From: Candidatus Latescibacterota bacterium
Lineage (GTDB): Bacteria > Latescibacterota > UBA2968 > UBA8231
Assembly: GCA_965200315.1 (NCBI GenBank)
Contig: OZ241362.1
Location: 2,347,117-2,411,116, forward strand
Direction of reading: 5' to 3'
Length of the DNA: 64,000 bases
The position numbers and the translations under genes are program-made. Shown piece after piece: positions 30,579 to 39,307 of this stretch (position 1 is the first letter of the stretch; each line of letters opens with the position of its first letter). Under the pieces are notes generated by a model. The model made no database searches. It saw only the letters and a program-made list of their open reading frames with translations, and had not been told where the DNA came from.

Positions 30579-31181
30579 TCAAGGTTCCTTGTAGGAAGAG
30601 GTCGCGCGGAACAGGTAGTGAAAACCCGACAGCAGCGTCAGCAACAGCACCCCCGCCAATAGCGCATTGGCCAAAAGCTGGATTAGCTGGTCGTCGAGAA
30701 AGAAGAGATGACCTGCGGCAAAGCGCCCCATCGCCTCCTCAAGGCCAATGACAAAAAGTATGAAGATAACCGTGAAAAGCTGGACCGCGGTCTTCCACTT
30801 AGCCAAGCGCGAAGTGACCATGGGGCGGCCCCGGTATATCCCGTAGAGGCGCATGCCCGTAATCAGGATGTCGCGCCCGACGATGGGCAAGACCAGCCAA
30901 AAATTGACCATTCTGTTCAACGCTAGGGCAATGAGTGCCGACGTTACCAAGATTTTGTCGGCCAACGGGTCCAAGAAGCGGCCCAGCGGCGTTACTTGGT
31001 TGCCAGCGCGCGCTAGTTTGCCATCGTAGAAATCGGTCAGCGAGGCTGCGCTGAAGACGACGAAGGCAAGGCTTTTCAAATACCAAGTATCGGTGAACAG
31101 CAGCAGCAAAAACAGCGGCGTCAAACCGATCCTGAGCGCGGTCAGTCCATTGGGCAAGTTAAAAATATCGCGCCGGTCCAT
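30579..31181 (-). CDS. pgsA: CDP-diacylglycerol--glycerol-3-phosphate 3-phosphatidyltransferase
   Basis: CDP-alcohol phosphatidyltransferase motif DFYDGKLAR...G..LDPLADK. ATG at 31181, 7 nt after the recR stop. Confidence 0.88.
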   Translation of the reverse strand: MDRRDIFNLPNGLTALRIGLTPLFLLLLFTDTWYLKSLAFVVFSAASLTDFYDGKLARAGNQVTPLGRFLDPLADKILVTSALIALALNRMVNFWLVLPIVGRDILITGMRLYGIYRGRPMVTSRLAKWKTAVQLFTVIFILFVIGLEEAMGRFAAGHLFFLDDQLIQLLANALLAGVLLLTLLSGFHYLFRATSSYKEP

Positions 31182-31188
31182 GACTACC

Positions 31189-31785
31189 TCACAATGAAGA
31201 TCGGCCGGCAAAGGCCAGCGAAAGAGTGACGCTGTCGGCCAAGTCCAAATCTGCGCCCACCGGCAGACCGCGCGCCAGCCTCGACACCTTGGTCAGCGGC
31301 GTGAGCTGCTGCGCGATGAAGTGAGCGGTCGCATCGCCCTCGGCATTGGCGTTGAGCGCGAGCATTACCTCTTGGACGCCCTGCTGGCGCACGCGCTCGA
31401 CCAAGGTGCCGATGTGCAAATCCTCGGGCAACACGCCGTCTTGCGGGGAGAGCACCCCGCCGAGCACGTGATACGCTCCAGAGTAAAACTGACTCATTTC
31501 AAAGGCCAACACGTCGCTGGCTTCGGCCACCACGCAGAGGAACTGCTGGTCGCGCCGAGTGTCTCGGCAGACTTCGCATAGGGGTTCGCCCTTTTGGGTG
31601 AAATTGTAGCAGGTAGCGCAGTGTTCGATTTGGTCTTTGGCGGCAATGAGCGCTTTGGCGAGCAACTCGGCTTCCTCGCGCGGCCTCTTGACCACATAGA
31701 GCGCCAAGCGCTGCGCCGTCTTGCGGCCGATACCGGGCAGCTTGGCAAATGCGACGATCAAGTCTTCGAGGGCCAGAGGTTCCAT
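31189..31785 (-). CDS. recR: recombination protein RecR
   Basis: HhH motif LPGIGRKTAQRLA, zinc finger CATCYNFTQKGEPLCEVC, and a Toprim region. Confidence 0.95.
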   Translation of the reverse strand: MEPLALEDLIVAFAKLPGIGRKTAQRLALYVVKRPREEAELLAKALIAAKDQIEHCATCYNFTQKGEPLCEVCRDTRRDQQFLCVVAEASDVLAFEMSQFYSGAYHVLGGVLSPQDGVLPEDLHIGTLVERVRQQGVQEVMLALNANAEGDATAHFIAQQLTPLTKVSRLARGLPVGADLDLADSVTLSLAFAGRSSL

Positions 31786-31793
31786 GCGATTTC

Positions 31794-33461
31794 TCAGACC
31801 AACTCGCCATCAAAAGTGTCGAGCACCGAGCGGAGGGTGGGGTCGGATTCGGGCTGGGTTGCCGCCTGCGGGGCCGATTGCTCTCCTTTGTGTGCGACGA
31901 CCTCCAAGCGCAGCAGCCGCCCATATTTCGCCTTGACTATCTCCTCTACGCTTTCTCGGTTGTTGCTCACGTGATTCATGGCAAAGCGGTCAGCGGCACC
32001 AAAGCTCAGCTTGAGCACATGGCCTTCTAGACTATCTAAGGCCGCCCTATTGAGAAAATTGGCCAGCGACGGCTTGGCGGCACGCACGGCATTGACTAAC
32101 TCGGGCCAAGTGGAATGCACCTGATCAAAGCTCAGGCTGGCAGCGACATTGCTTGACTCAGCCGGAGCAGCGGCTGGCTGCTGGGGCAGGGGCGGAGGTG
32201 CGGCCTGTTCGCTGCGACCGCTTGGAGACGGGGACGCGACCTGTTCGCTCCCACTCCTTGGCAGCGGAGACCGGGCCGGTTCACTCCGACCGCTACTTGA
32301 AGGGGGGGGCGTAGCCGGGCGCGGCGCAGCACCTTCAAGCGACTGCAAGCGGCGCAGCAGTTCGCCCACATCGACAGCCCTGCCCATCAGCGCTAGATGT
32401 ACCAAGGCGATTTCTAGGCGGAAGCGCGGCTGTAGCGAACGCTTTAGATCCGCCTCTAAATCTAAGAGCGACTGCATCATGCGGAGCAGATCCTCGACTT
32501 CTATAGCGGCGGCAAGCTCGCCACAGCGGCGGCGGGCGTCCTCGGCCATATCCAGCTCATCGGTCCCACCCTGTATTTTGGTGAAGAGCAGGTGGCGCAA
32601 AAGCTCGACTAGGCCATAGACGAACTCCTCAATATCGGCCCCTTCGTCAACGGCTTGGGCGACGACATCCAAAACCCGTGCAGGGGCCGCTTCGCGCAGG
32701 GCGTCGAGCAATTCAAAGTAGAGGCCGCGATTGACGAGCCCCAACACCTGCACCACGGCTTGCTGCGACACCTCCGTGCCCAATGAGACCACTTGATCGA
32801 GTAGGCTTTCAGCGTCGCGCAGGGCACCGTCCGCACGGCTAGCCAACAGGTGGAACGCTCCCTCTTCGACCGCGATGCCCTCGGCTTGGGCAATGATGCC
32901 CAGATGAGCGGCGATCTGCCCGGTGGAGATGCGGCGAAAATTGAAGCGCTGACAACGCGAGAGAATGGTGTCGGGGACCGACTGTACTTCCGTGGTGGCG
33001 AAGATGAAAACCACGCGCTCCGGCGGCTCCTCCAGCGTCTTCAACAGCGCATTGAACGCCGCGGTCGAAAGCATGTGAACTTCGTCGATGATGTAGATCT
33101 TATAGACGCCTTCGGTCGCAGCGTAGCGCACGACCTCGCGCAACTCGCGGACGTCATCGACGCTGTTGTTGGAGGCCCCGTCTATCTCCAGCACGTTCAT
33201 GCTGGTAGAGGTGGCGATGCTCTGGCAGGAATCGCACGCCTCGCAAGGGTTGCCGTCGCGGGGGTCGGCGCAGTTGAGGACCTTGGCGAGAATCCGTGCG
33301 GTCGTGGTCTTGCCCACGCCGCGAGGGCCGCAAAACAGGTAGCACTGCGCGATGCGTCCGGAATGGACGGCGCTCTTTAAGGTGGCAGTGATATGCTCCT
33401 GCCCGACAACTTCGTCGAATTGGCGCGGACGCCACTTGCGCGCTGTTACCTGATAGGTCAT
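31794..33461 (-). CDS. dnaX: DNA polymerase III subunit gamma/tau
   Basis: MTYQVTARKWRPRQFDEVVGQEH, GPRGVGKTT, zinc module CEACDSCQSI, and a Pro/Ser-rich linker. ATG at 33461. Confidence 0.95.
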   Translation of the reverse strand: MTYQVTARKWRPRQFDEVVGQEHITATLKSAVHSGRIAQCYLFCGPRGVGKTTTARILAKVLNCADPRDGNPCEACDSCQSIATSTSMNVLEIDGASNNSVDDVRELREVVRYAATEGVYKIYIIDEVHMLSTAAFNALLKTLEEPPERVVFIFATTEVQSVPDTILSRCQRFNFRRISTGQIAAHLGIIAQAEGIAVEEGAFHLLASRADGALRDAESLLDQVVSLGTEVSQQAVVQVLGLVNRGLYFELLDALREAAPARVLDVVAQAVDEGADIEEFVYGLVELLRHLLFTKIQGGTDELDMAEDARRRCGELAAAIEVEDLLRMMQSLLDLEADLKRSLQPRFRLEIALVHLALMGRAVDVGELLRRLQSLEGAAPRPATPPPSSSGRSEPARSPLPRSGSEQVASPSPSGRSEQAAPPPLPQQPAAAPAESSNVAASLSFDQVHSTWPELVNAVRAAKPSLANFLNRAALDSLEGHVLKLSFGAADRFAMNHVSNNRESVEEIVKAKYGRLLRLEVVAHKGEQSAPQAATQPESDPTLRSVLDTFDGELV

Positions 33462-33511
33462 TTGCGTTGCTCGACACAGCCAAGCTGAAGGGAATAAATA
33501 AAAAATTAAAA

Positions 33512-33783
33512 GGCCGTGCACCCATCTTCGATCCCGCCCTCAGGTCTGCCCAAAGCCAGTTAGCTCCAACCGGACAACTCTGCGGCACACCAAGAGACAT
33601 TCCTACCGCTGCTACCTTCCGGTCCTGACGGGGTTCAGAAGCTCTTAATTGCGCAGAATCCGGTCTTCAGCGCCACTTTGCTCCGGGTCGAACAAGAGGG
33701 GCGAAAACCTCTGGATGGGAATTCAATCCCGCTATAGCGGATTGCGGGTACAGGGCACCGCTATCTCCCCATCTAGCACGACC
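33512..33783 (-). ncRNA. ffs: signal recognition particle RNA, long (Alu-domain, Bacillus-like) form, about 272 nt
   Basis: The minus strand reads GGTCGTGCTAGATGGGGAGATAGCGGTGCCCTGTACCCGCAATCCGCT ... CGTCAGGACCGGAAGGTAGCAGC ... GGTGTGCCGCAGAGTTG ... GAGCTAACTG ... GATGGGTGCACGGCC. The 5' GGTCGTGC pairs with the 3' GCACGGCC, and TTTTAATTTTT follows. It holds the classical position upstream of dnaX. End positions are accurate to a few nt. Confidence 0.85.
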
Positions 33784-33820
33784 TACAACACTGCATTTCA
33801 CAGCGGATATCCGGAAAATA

Positions 33821-33896
33821 TGGTGGAGCAGATGGGGATCGAACCCACGACCTCCAGATTGCGAACCTGGCGCTCTCCCAGCTGAGCTACTGCCCC
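33821..33896 (-). tRNA. tRNA-Ala (anticodon CGC), CCA encoded
   Basis: GGGGCAGTAGCTCAGCTGGGAGAGCGCCAGGTTCGCAATCTGGAGGTCGTGGGTTCGATCCCCATCTGCTCCACCA. It has the G3:U70 pair and anticodon loop TTCGCAA. Confidence 0.95.
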
Positions 33897-33910
33897 GTCC
33901 GGATCAATTA

Positions 33911-34001
33911 TGGCGGAGAGAGTGGGATTCGAACCCACGGTAGGGGGTTGCCCTACACACGATTTCCAGTCGTGCACCTTCGACCACTCGGTCATCTCTC
34001 C
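33911..34001 (-). tRNA. tRNA-Ser (anticodon GGA), long variable arm, CCA encoded
   Basis: GGAGAGATGACCGAGTGGTCGAAGGTGCACGACTGGAAATCGTG...GGGTTCGAATCCCACTCTCTCCGCCA. Anticodon loop CTGGAAA. Confidence 0.93.
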
Positions 34002-34022
34002 ACAAAAGCATTGTGTCTTAAA

Positions 34023-34112
<90 letters not shown>

Positions 34113-34117
34113 TCAAT

Positions 34118-34603
34118 CTACTTGGCCGCTCGCAGGGCCGCAAAAAACCCCTTGAGCAACTCGGCACATTCTCGCTTTAGTACCCCGCCGCGAACCTGAC
34201 AGCGATGATTGAGCCGAGGATCCTCCGCAATGTTGCACAACGAGCCGCAAGCACCAGACTTAGGATCGGCGGCCCCAAAGACCAACCGTGGCACCCGGGC
34301 TAAAACCGCGGCCCCAGCACACATGGCGCAAGGCTCCAAAGTGACGTAGAGCGTCGTTGCCAACAAGCGCCGCGTCCCCAGTGCCGCTACGGCTTGGCGC
34401 AAGGCCAGCATTTCCGCATGGGCTGTGGGGTCCTGCGTTGCTTCAATGGCGTTGCCGGCCCGGCCCAAAACCTGCCCGGCTCCGACGACGACAGCACCGA
34501 CGGGTACCTCGCCGCGACGACCGGCGCACTCGGCCTCGCGCAGGGCCTCGCGCATCCAATGGCTGTCTTCGGCGAATGAGCTAACTTCTTCCGTAGAATC
34601 CAT
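34118..34603 (-). CDS. tadA: tRNA adenosine(34) deaminase
   Basis: HAEMLALRQA and LEPCAMCAGA zinc-binding motifs. ATG at 34603 is preferred over TTG at 34630. The stop lies 5 nt before tRNA-Ser. Confidence 0.92.
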   Translation of the reverse strand: MDSTEEVSSFAEDSHWMREALREAECAGRRGEVPVGAVVVGAGQVLGRAGNAIEATQDPTAHAEMLALRQAVAALGTRRLLATTLYVTLEPCAMCAGAAVLARVPRLVFGAADPKSGACGSLCNIAEDPRLNHRCQVRGGVLKRECAELLKGFFAALRAAK

Positions 34604-34681
34604 TTGAGGCCGTTTTAAGGGGCCTTCCAAGAGATGTAAATATAACGGCTGCCCAAAACAAGAGCAAGACTTAGTGAGGCT

Positions 34682-35113
34682 TCAAAAACGCTTGCGATAA
34701 TGGTCGCGGGGAAACAGAGAAGAGGCCCGACGCTGCCAGTAACTTTCCGCGTCGGGAGCGATTTTGCGGTCGAGCGGATCGCGGCCCAAAAGGCGCATAC
34801 CAAGCCCAATCAGCGTAAAAAGCGTGTAGAAAACCAGCGCCAAGAGCAGGTGGATATTGACAAAGGCAACGATTCTCGCCAGCCACATGTAGGGAAAGTA
34901 GATCGGCTTCAGCGCGACGGGTAGCACCAACCCAGTCCCGAGCAACACCAGCGAGGCCGCGTGTACAAGCTGGGCAATGCCGATAGCTTCCACGTACCAC
35001 AGATAGCCACCTAACACGGCCAACAATGCCGCCAGCACGATTCCGAATCGGCGCAAATCGACGCGCAAGGGAACCGCAACGCCCCAGTAGCTCTTGACCT
35101 CAGTCAAGCTCAA
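34682..35113 (-). CDS. SxtJ-like small membrane protein
   Basis: Three or four hydrophobic helices plus the C-terminal GRDPLDRKI...WQRR pattern. It overlaps the upstream carbamoyltransferase gene by 14 nt, which is the usual pairing for this family. The family call is from memory. Confidence 0.6.
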   Translation of the reverse strand: MSLTEVKSYWGVAVPLRVDLRRFGIVLAALLAVLGGYLWYVEAIGIAQLVHAASLVLLGTGLVLPVALKPIYFPYMWLARIVAFVNIHLLLALVFYTLFTLIGLGMRLLGRDPLDRKIAPDAESYWQRRASSLFPRDHYRKRF

Positions 35114-36923
35114 ACTCCTCTTGCCAATCCAGCTCTTCCTGCCACTGCGGCTGGTCTTTTTTGTCCAAGATATAAGAGCCTATAACCAAAAAATCCATCT
35201 CGGTCCGCATGAAGCAGCGATAGGCATCTGCTGGGCTTTGGACGATGGGTTCGCCGCGCACGTTGAAGGACGTGTTGACGACCACCGGGTATCCGGTCAG
35301 ACTCTGAAAGGCGCGAATCACGTCGTAGTAGCGCGGGTGATCTTGCCGGCGCAGCGTCTGCACCCGCGCCGAGTAATCCACGTGGGTGACGGCTGGCATA
35401 TCCGAGCGCGGCACGTTTAGCTTGTCGATGCCGAACAGCCGCTGTTGGTCCTCGCTCATGGGAATCTGCCGCTCCGCTTTAATCGGGGCCACTTGCAGCA
35501 TGTAGGGCGAGTCGGCATCTAGCTCAAAGAACTCGTGTACGTATTCGCGCAGGACTGTCGGAGCAAAGGGACGGAAGCTCTCGCGGAACTTGATTTTGAG
35601 GTTCATCACCGACTGCATCTGGGTGGAGCGCGGGTCGCCTAAAATCGACCGGGCGCCGAGCGCACGCGGCCCAAATTCCATCCGCCCCTGAAAAAAGCCT
35701 ACTACCTTGCCCGCGGCCAACAGCTCGGCCACATGCACTGGCAGTTCGTCCTCAGCGAGTTTTTGCGCCACCCCCGCCTGCTCCTCAATGCACTGGTAGA
35801 TTTCTTCGTCCCCGTACTCAGGCCCTAATAGCGCCCCCCGCATCGCGTCGTTTTCGCCATCTGCCATCCGCTCATGGCCCAAATGATTATGCCACAGCGC
35901 TAGCGCCACGCCCAAGGCCCCGCCGGCATCGCCCGCCGCCGGCTGAATCCAGATGTTTTCAAAGGGCCCTTCGCGCAAGATGCGGCCATTGCCGACGCAA
36001 TTGAGGGCTACGCCACCGGCCATGCACAAGTTCTTGAGTTTGGTTTCTCGATGCACCGTGCGGGCAATGCGCAACATGACTTCCTCGGTGACGACCTGAC
36101 AGGAGCGCGCAATATCCATCTCGCGCTGCGTCAGCGTCGTCTCTGGCCGCCGCGGCGCTCCCCCGAAGAGCTTGTCCATAGCCCGACTGGTCATCGTCAG
36201 GCCGGATAGGTAGTTGAAATAACGAGTGTTGAGCTTGAAGGAGCCGTCGTCCTTCAGGTCGATTATCTCGTCGAGCATTAGATCGACGTATTTTGGCTCG
36301 CCATAAGGGGCCAGCCCCATCAGCTTGTACTCGCCGGAGTTGACCTTAAAGCCCGCAAAATAGGTAAAGGCCGAATAGAACAAACCCAGCGAGTGGGGAA
36401 ACTTGATATCGGCCAGCGTGTGAATTTCGGCATCTCGGCCGTAGCCATAGCTGGTAGTGGTCCACTCGCCGACCCCGTCCAAGGTCGCGATCGCCGCTTC
36501 CCGATACGGCGACGGGTAGAAGGCCGACGCGGCGTGCGACTCGTGGTGGTCGCTGAACAGTATGGGTACATCGCAGCCTAGCTGTTCTTGGATTAACTGC
36601 GGGATCCACAGCTTCTTTTCGAGCCATACCTTCATGCTCTTCCAGTAGAGGCGGAGGCCCAACGGCGCCGTGCCGAGATGGGTCTCTAGCAGGCGTTCAA
36701 AAGTCAACAGGGGTTTGTCGTAAAACCCCACGCAGTGCAGGTCTTTGGCCTCAATACCGCCTTTTCGCAGACAGTAGGAGACGGCGCGAGTGGGAAAATC
36801 TGGATCGTGTTTAACGCGCGAGAATCGCTCCTCCTGCACCGCAGCGACGATTTCTCCGTCGCGCACCAAACAGGCCGCGCTATCGTGGTAAAATGCGGAA
36901 ATGCCGAGGATGTAAGTGGCCAT
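35100..36923 (-). CDS. carbamoyltransferase (NodU/CmcH family)
   Basis: MATYILGISAFYHDSAACLVRDGEIVAAVQEERFSRVKHD, an ASKHA-like N-domain, and a YrdC-like C-terminal part. 607 aa. Confidence 0.9.
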   Translation of the reverse strand: MATYILGISAFYHDSAACLVRDGEIVAAVQEERFSRVKHDPDFPTRAVSYCLRKGGIEAKDLHCVGFYDKPLLTFERLLETHLGTAPLGLRLYWKSMKVWLEKKLWIPQLIQEQLGCDVPILFSDHHESHAASAFYPSPYREAAIATLDGVGEWTTTSYGYGRDAEIHTLADIKFPHSLGLFYSAFTYFAGFKVNSGEYKLMGLAPYGEPKYVDLMLDEIIDLKDDGSFKLNTRYFNYLSGLTMTSRAMDKLFGGAPRRPETTLTQREMDIARSCQVVTEEVMLRIARTVHRETKLKNLCMAGGVALNCVGNGRILREGPFENIWIQPAAGDAGGALGVALALWHNHLGHERMADGENDAMRGALLGPEYGDEEIYQCIEEQAGVAQKLAEDELPVHVAELLAAGKVVGFFQGRMEFGPRALGARSILGDPRSTQMQSVMNLKIKFRESFRPFAPTVLREYVHEFFELDADSPYMLQVAPIKAERQIPMSEDQQRLFGIDKLNVPRSDMPAVTHVDYSARVQTLRRQDHPRYYDVIRAFQSLTGYPVVVNTSFNVRGEPIVQSPADAYRCFMRTEMDFLVIGSYILDKKDQPQWQEELDWQEEFELD

Positions 36924-37015
36924 AAGGAGCTTGACAAAATGGGATTTGGCAGCGATAATAGAAGGCTTTCATAAGCTACGGATTCTATTGAAAAATATCA
37001 AGTTAGGTTCATTTG

Positions 37016-38287
37016 ATGGAACGGCTTTCACTCCTGTCTGAAGACCAAGTTCGCGCTGTCCAGTGCCAATTTGGGACGCCCACTTTTGTCTATAGTCAAA
37101 AGGCGTTGGAATCCCAAGCCCAAAAGGCACTGGCCTTCCCCAATGCACACGGCCTGACGGTTCGCTACGCGGTGAAAGCCTGTCCGGCAGCCGGCGTGAT
37201 CCGCATTCTCAATCGCGCCGGCCTGCACATCGACGCGAGCAGTGGCTACGAAGCGCTGCGGGCCATGCGCGCTGGCGTCCCTGCGGACCAGATTCAGATC
37301 ACGGCCCAACAACTACCCGACAATTTAGCAGATCTAGTGCGCCAAGGTGCCCTCTTCAACGCCTGTTCCCTGCACCAACTCGCAGCCTACGGCCGGCTCT
37401 TTCCGGGCCGCGAAGTTTCCGTACGCATTAACCCAGGCCTAGGTTCGGGACACAGCAACCGCACCAATACGGGCGGCCCTTCGTCGAGCTTCGGCATCTG
37501 GCACGAGCATCTCGACCAAGTGCTCGCAACGGCCGCCAAACACAACCTGCAACTCACTGGCTTGCACAGCCATATCGGCTCGGGCAGCGACCCAGCAGTC
37601 TGGCAGAACTGCGCCCGGCTGACCCTCGGCGTAGCCACCAAACTGCCCGAGGTCCGGCGCGTGAACATGGGTGGCGGTTTCAAAATTGGACGCATGGCCG
37701 ACGAAGTATCGACCGACTTGCACAAGGCCGGTCAACCTGTGGCCGACGAATTCAACCGCTTCGCCTGCGAGCATGGCCGCAAACTGCATCTGGAAATCGA
37801 ACCGGGGACCTTCTTGGTAGGCAACGCCGGTGCCATCGTCTGTAGCGTCGTCGACGTAGTCGATACCGGCCCGCAGGGCTATTGCTTTATCAAGGTCAAT
37901 AGCGGCATGACCGAAGTGTTGCGTCCCAGTCTGTACGGGGCGCAGCACCCCATCGTCGTAGTTGCGGCCACCCCAGAGGAACGCGGCCAAGGCGAGTACC
38001 TAATTGCTGGCCATTGCTGTGAAAGCGGGGATATTCTCACGCCAGCGTCCGGCAACCCCGAAGAACTGGGACCTCGTGCACTCACCGAGCCGCGCATCGG
38101 CGATGCGGTCTTTATCGGCGGCAGCGGAGCCTATTGCGCTGGCATGGCCGCCAAAAACTACAATTCCTTCCCGGAAGCATGCGAAGTACTGCTCGGTACA
38201 GACGGCGAGCTGCATCTGCTGCGCCAGCGACAAACCCTCGACCAAGTCCTAGCCAACGAGTCCCTACCCGCTTTCCTCAGCTCCTAA
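37016..38287 (+). CDS. lysA: diaminopimelate decarboxylase (Orn/DAP/Arg decarboxylase fold type III)
   Basis: PLP-lysine context RYAVKACP, GGGFKIG and HCCESGD. ATG at 37016. Confidence 0.85.
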   Translation: MERLSLLSEDQVRAVQCQFGTPTFVYSQKALESQAQKALAFPNAHGLTVRYAVKACPAAGVIRILNRAGLHIDASSGYEALRAMRAGVPADQIQITAQQLPDNLADLVRQGALFNACSLHQLAAYGRLFPGREVSVRINPGLGSGHSNRTNTGGPSSSFGIWHEHLDQVLATAAKHNLQLTGLHSHIGSGSDPAVWQNCARLTLGVATKLPEVRRVNMGGGFKIGRMADEVSTDLHKAGQPVADEFNRFACEHGRKLHLEIEPGTFLVGNAGAIVCSVVDVVDTGPQGYCFIKVNSGMTEVLRPSLYGAQHPIVVVAATPEERGQGEYLIAGHCCESGDILTPASGNPEELGPRALTEPRIGDAVFIGGSGAYCAGMAAKNYNSFPEACEVLLGTDGELHLLRQRQTLDQVLANESLPAFLSS

Positions 38288-39307
38288 GCCGCGCAGCTTC
38301 GGATCCAGCGCGTCGCGCAACCCGTCGCCTAGCAGGTTGTACAAGGTCACGGTCGCAAAAATGGCCAAGCCCGGCACGACCACCAGCCACCACGCCGCTG
38401 CGTTACTACGCGCCCCGGCCAGCAGGGCACCCCAAGTGATCACTTCTGCTGGTATCCCTACCCCTAAAAAGCTCAATCCAGACTCGGCGAGGATGGCACC
38501 TGCGACCCCAAAGGCCGCCGGGATTAAGATCGGGCCGATGGCGTTAGGCAGGATGTGCCGGAACATGATCCGCCCATTTGAGTATCCGAGGCTGCGTGCG
38601 GCTGCCACGTAATCGTAGCTGCGCACCTGCAAAAACTGCGATCGCGCCAAGCGGGCGATACCGACCCAACTCGTAAGACCGATAATGACCATGACGAAGA
38701 ACAGACTTGGCGGAAAAAACGCCGCGACCGTCAATATCAGAAAGAAGCTAGGAATCGCGGCCCACAACTCGAAAAGACGCGAGAGTGCCAAGTCAACCCA
38801 GCCTCCAAAGTAGCCGGCCAACGCCCCCAAGACCAAGCCAATGGCCAGCGATATCCCCACGGCCACTAGGCCGATGGTCAAAGCGTAGCGCGTACCGTGA
38901 ATCAGTCCCGAGAGCACGTCGCGGCCCAAGCGGTCCGTGCCCAGCCAGTGCTCGGCTCCCGGGGGCTGGTACTTCTCCCGCAAGCGGATCTCGCCCGGGG
39001 CATAAGGCACCGGCGGGAAGATGGCCTCCTCTAACTTGAGCTTTTTGAAGTTGCGGCGGCGCTTTAATTCCGCTGGCCAGTCCATTACCCCTAGATAGAC
39101 TGCGTATTGGCGGAAGGCCGGAAAGTAGATCTCGCCCTTGTATTTCATGTAGTACGGCTTGTCGCCGGCCAGCAAGTCGGCGCTCAAGGCCATAATCCCC
39201 AGCAAGACGATGCCCAAGAGACTGAGCAGAGCGGGTCTGTTTTTCTTTAACTGTCTCCATACGACCCGCCCGTAGGACTGCCCTTGTGCAACGGTCTCCG
39301 CGCTCAT
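38264..39307 (-). CDS. ABC transporter permease, peptide/nickel type (DppC/OppC-like)
   Basis: Six TM helices and the conserved loop YVAAARSLGYSNGRIMFRHILPNAIGPILI. Confidence 0.9.
   Translation of the reverse strand: MSAETVAQGQSYGRVVWRQLKKNRPALLSLLGIVLLGIMALSADLLAGDKPYYMKYKGEIYFPAFRQYAVYLGVMDWPAELKRRRNFKKLKLEEAIFPPVPYAPGEIRLREKYQPPGAEHWLGTDRLGRDVLSGLIHGTRYALTIGLVAVGISLAIGLVLGALAGYFGGWVDLALSRLFELWAAIPSFFLILTVAAFFPPSLFFVMVIIGLTSWVGIARLARSQFLQVRSYDYVAAARSLGYSNGRIMFRHILPNAIGPILIPAAFGVAGAILAESGLSFLGVGIPAEVITWGALLAGARSNAAAWWLVVVPGLAIFATVTLYNLLGDGLRDALDPKLRGLGAEESG

Noticed and set aside
31794-33461. Programmed -1 frameshift site in dnaX
   Set aside because: I scanned the gene by eye for an A-AAA-AAG type heptamer (cttttt(t) on the plus strand) and found none. 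I cannot exclude other mechanisms.
36924-37015. Lysine riboswitch upstream of lysA, and a SAM riboswitch upstream of metK (23065-23083)
   Set aside because: The available leaders (about 90 nt and 19 nt) are too short for L-box or SAM-I elements. I saw none of their conserved cores.
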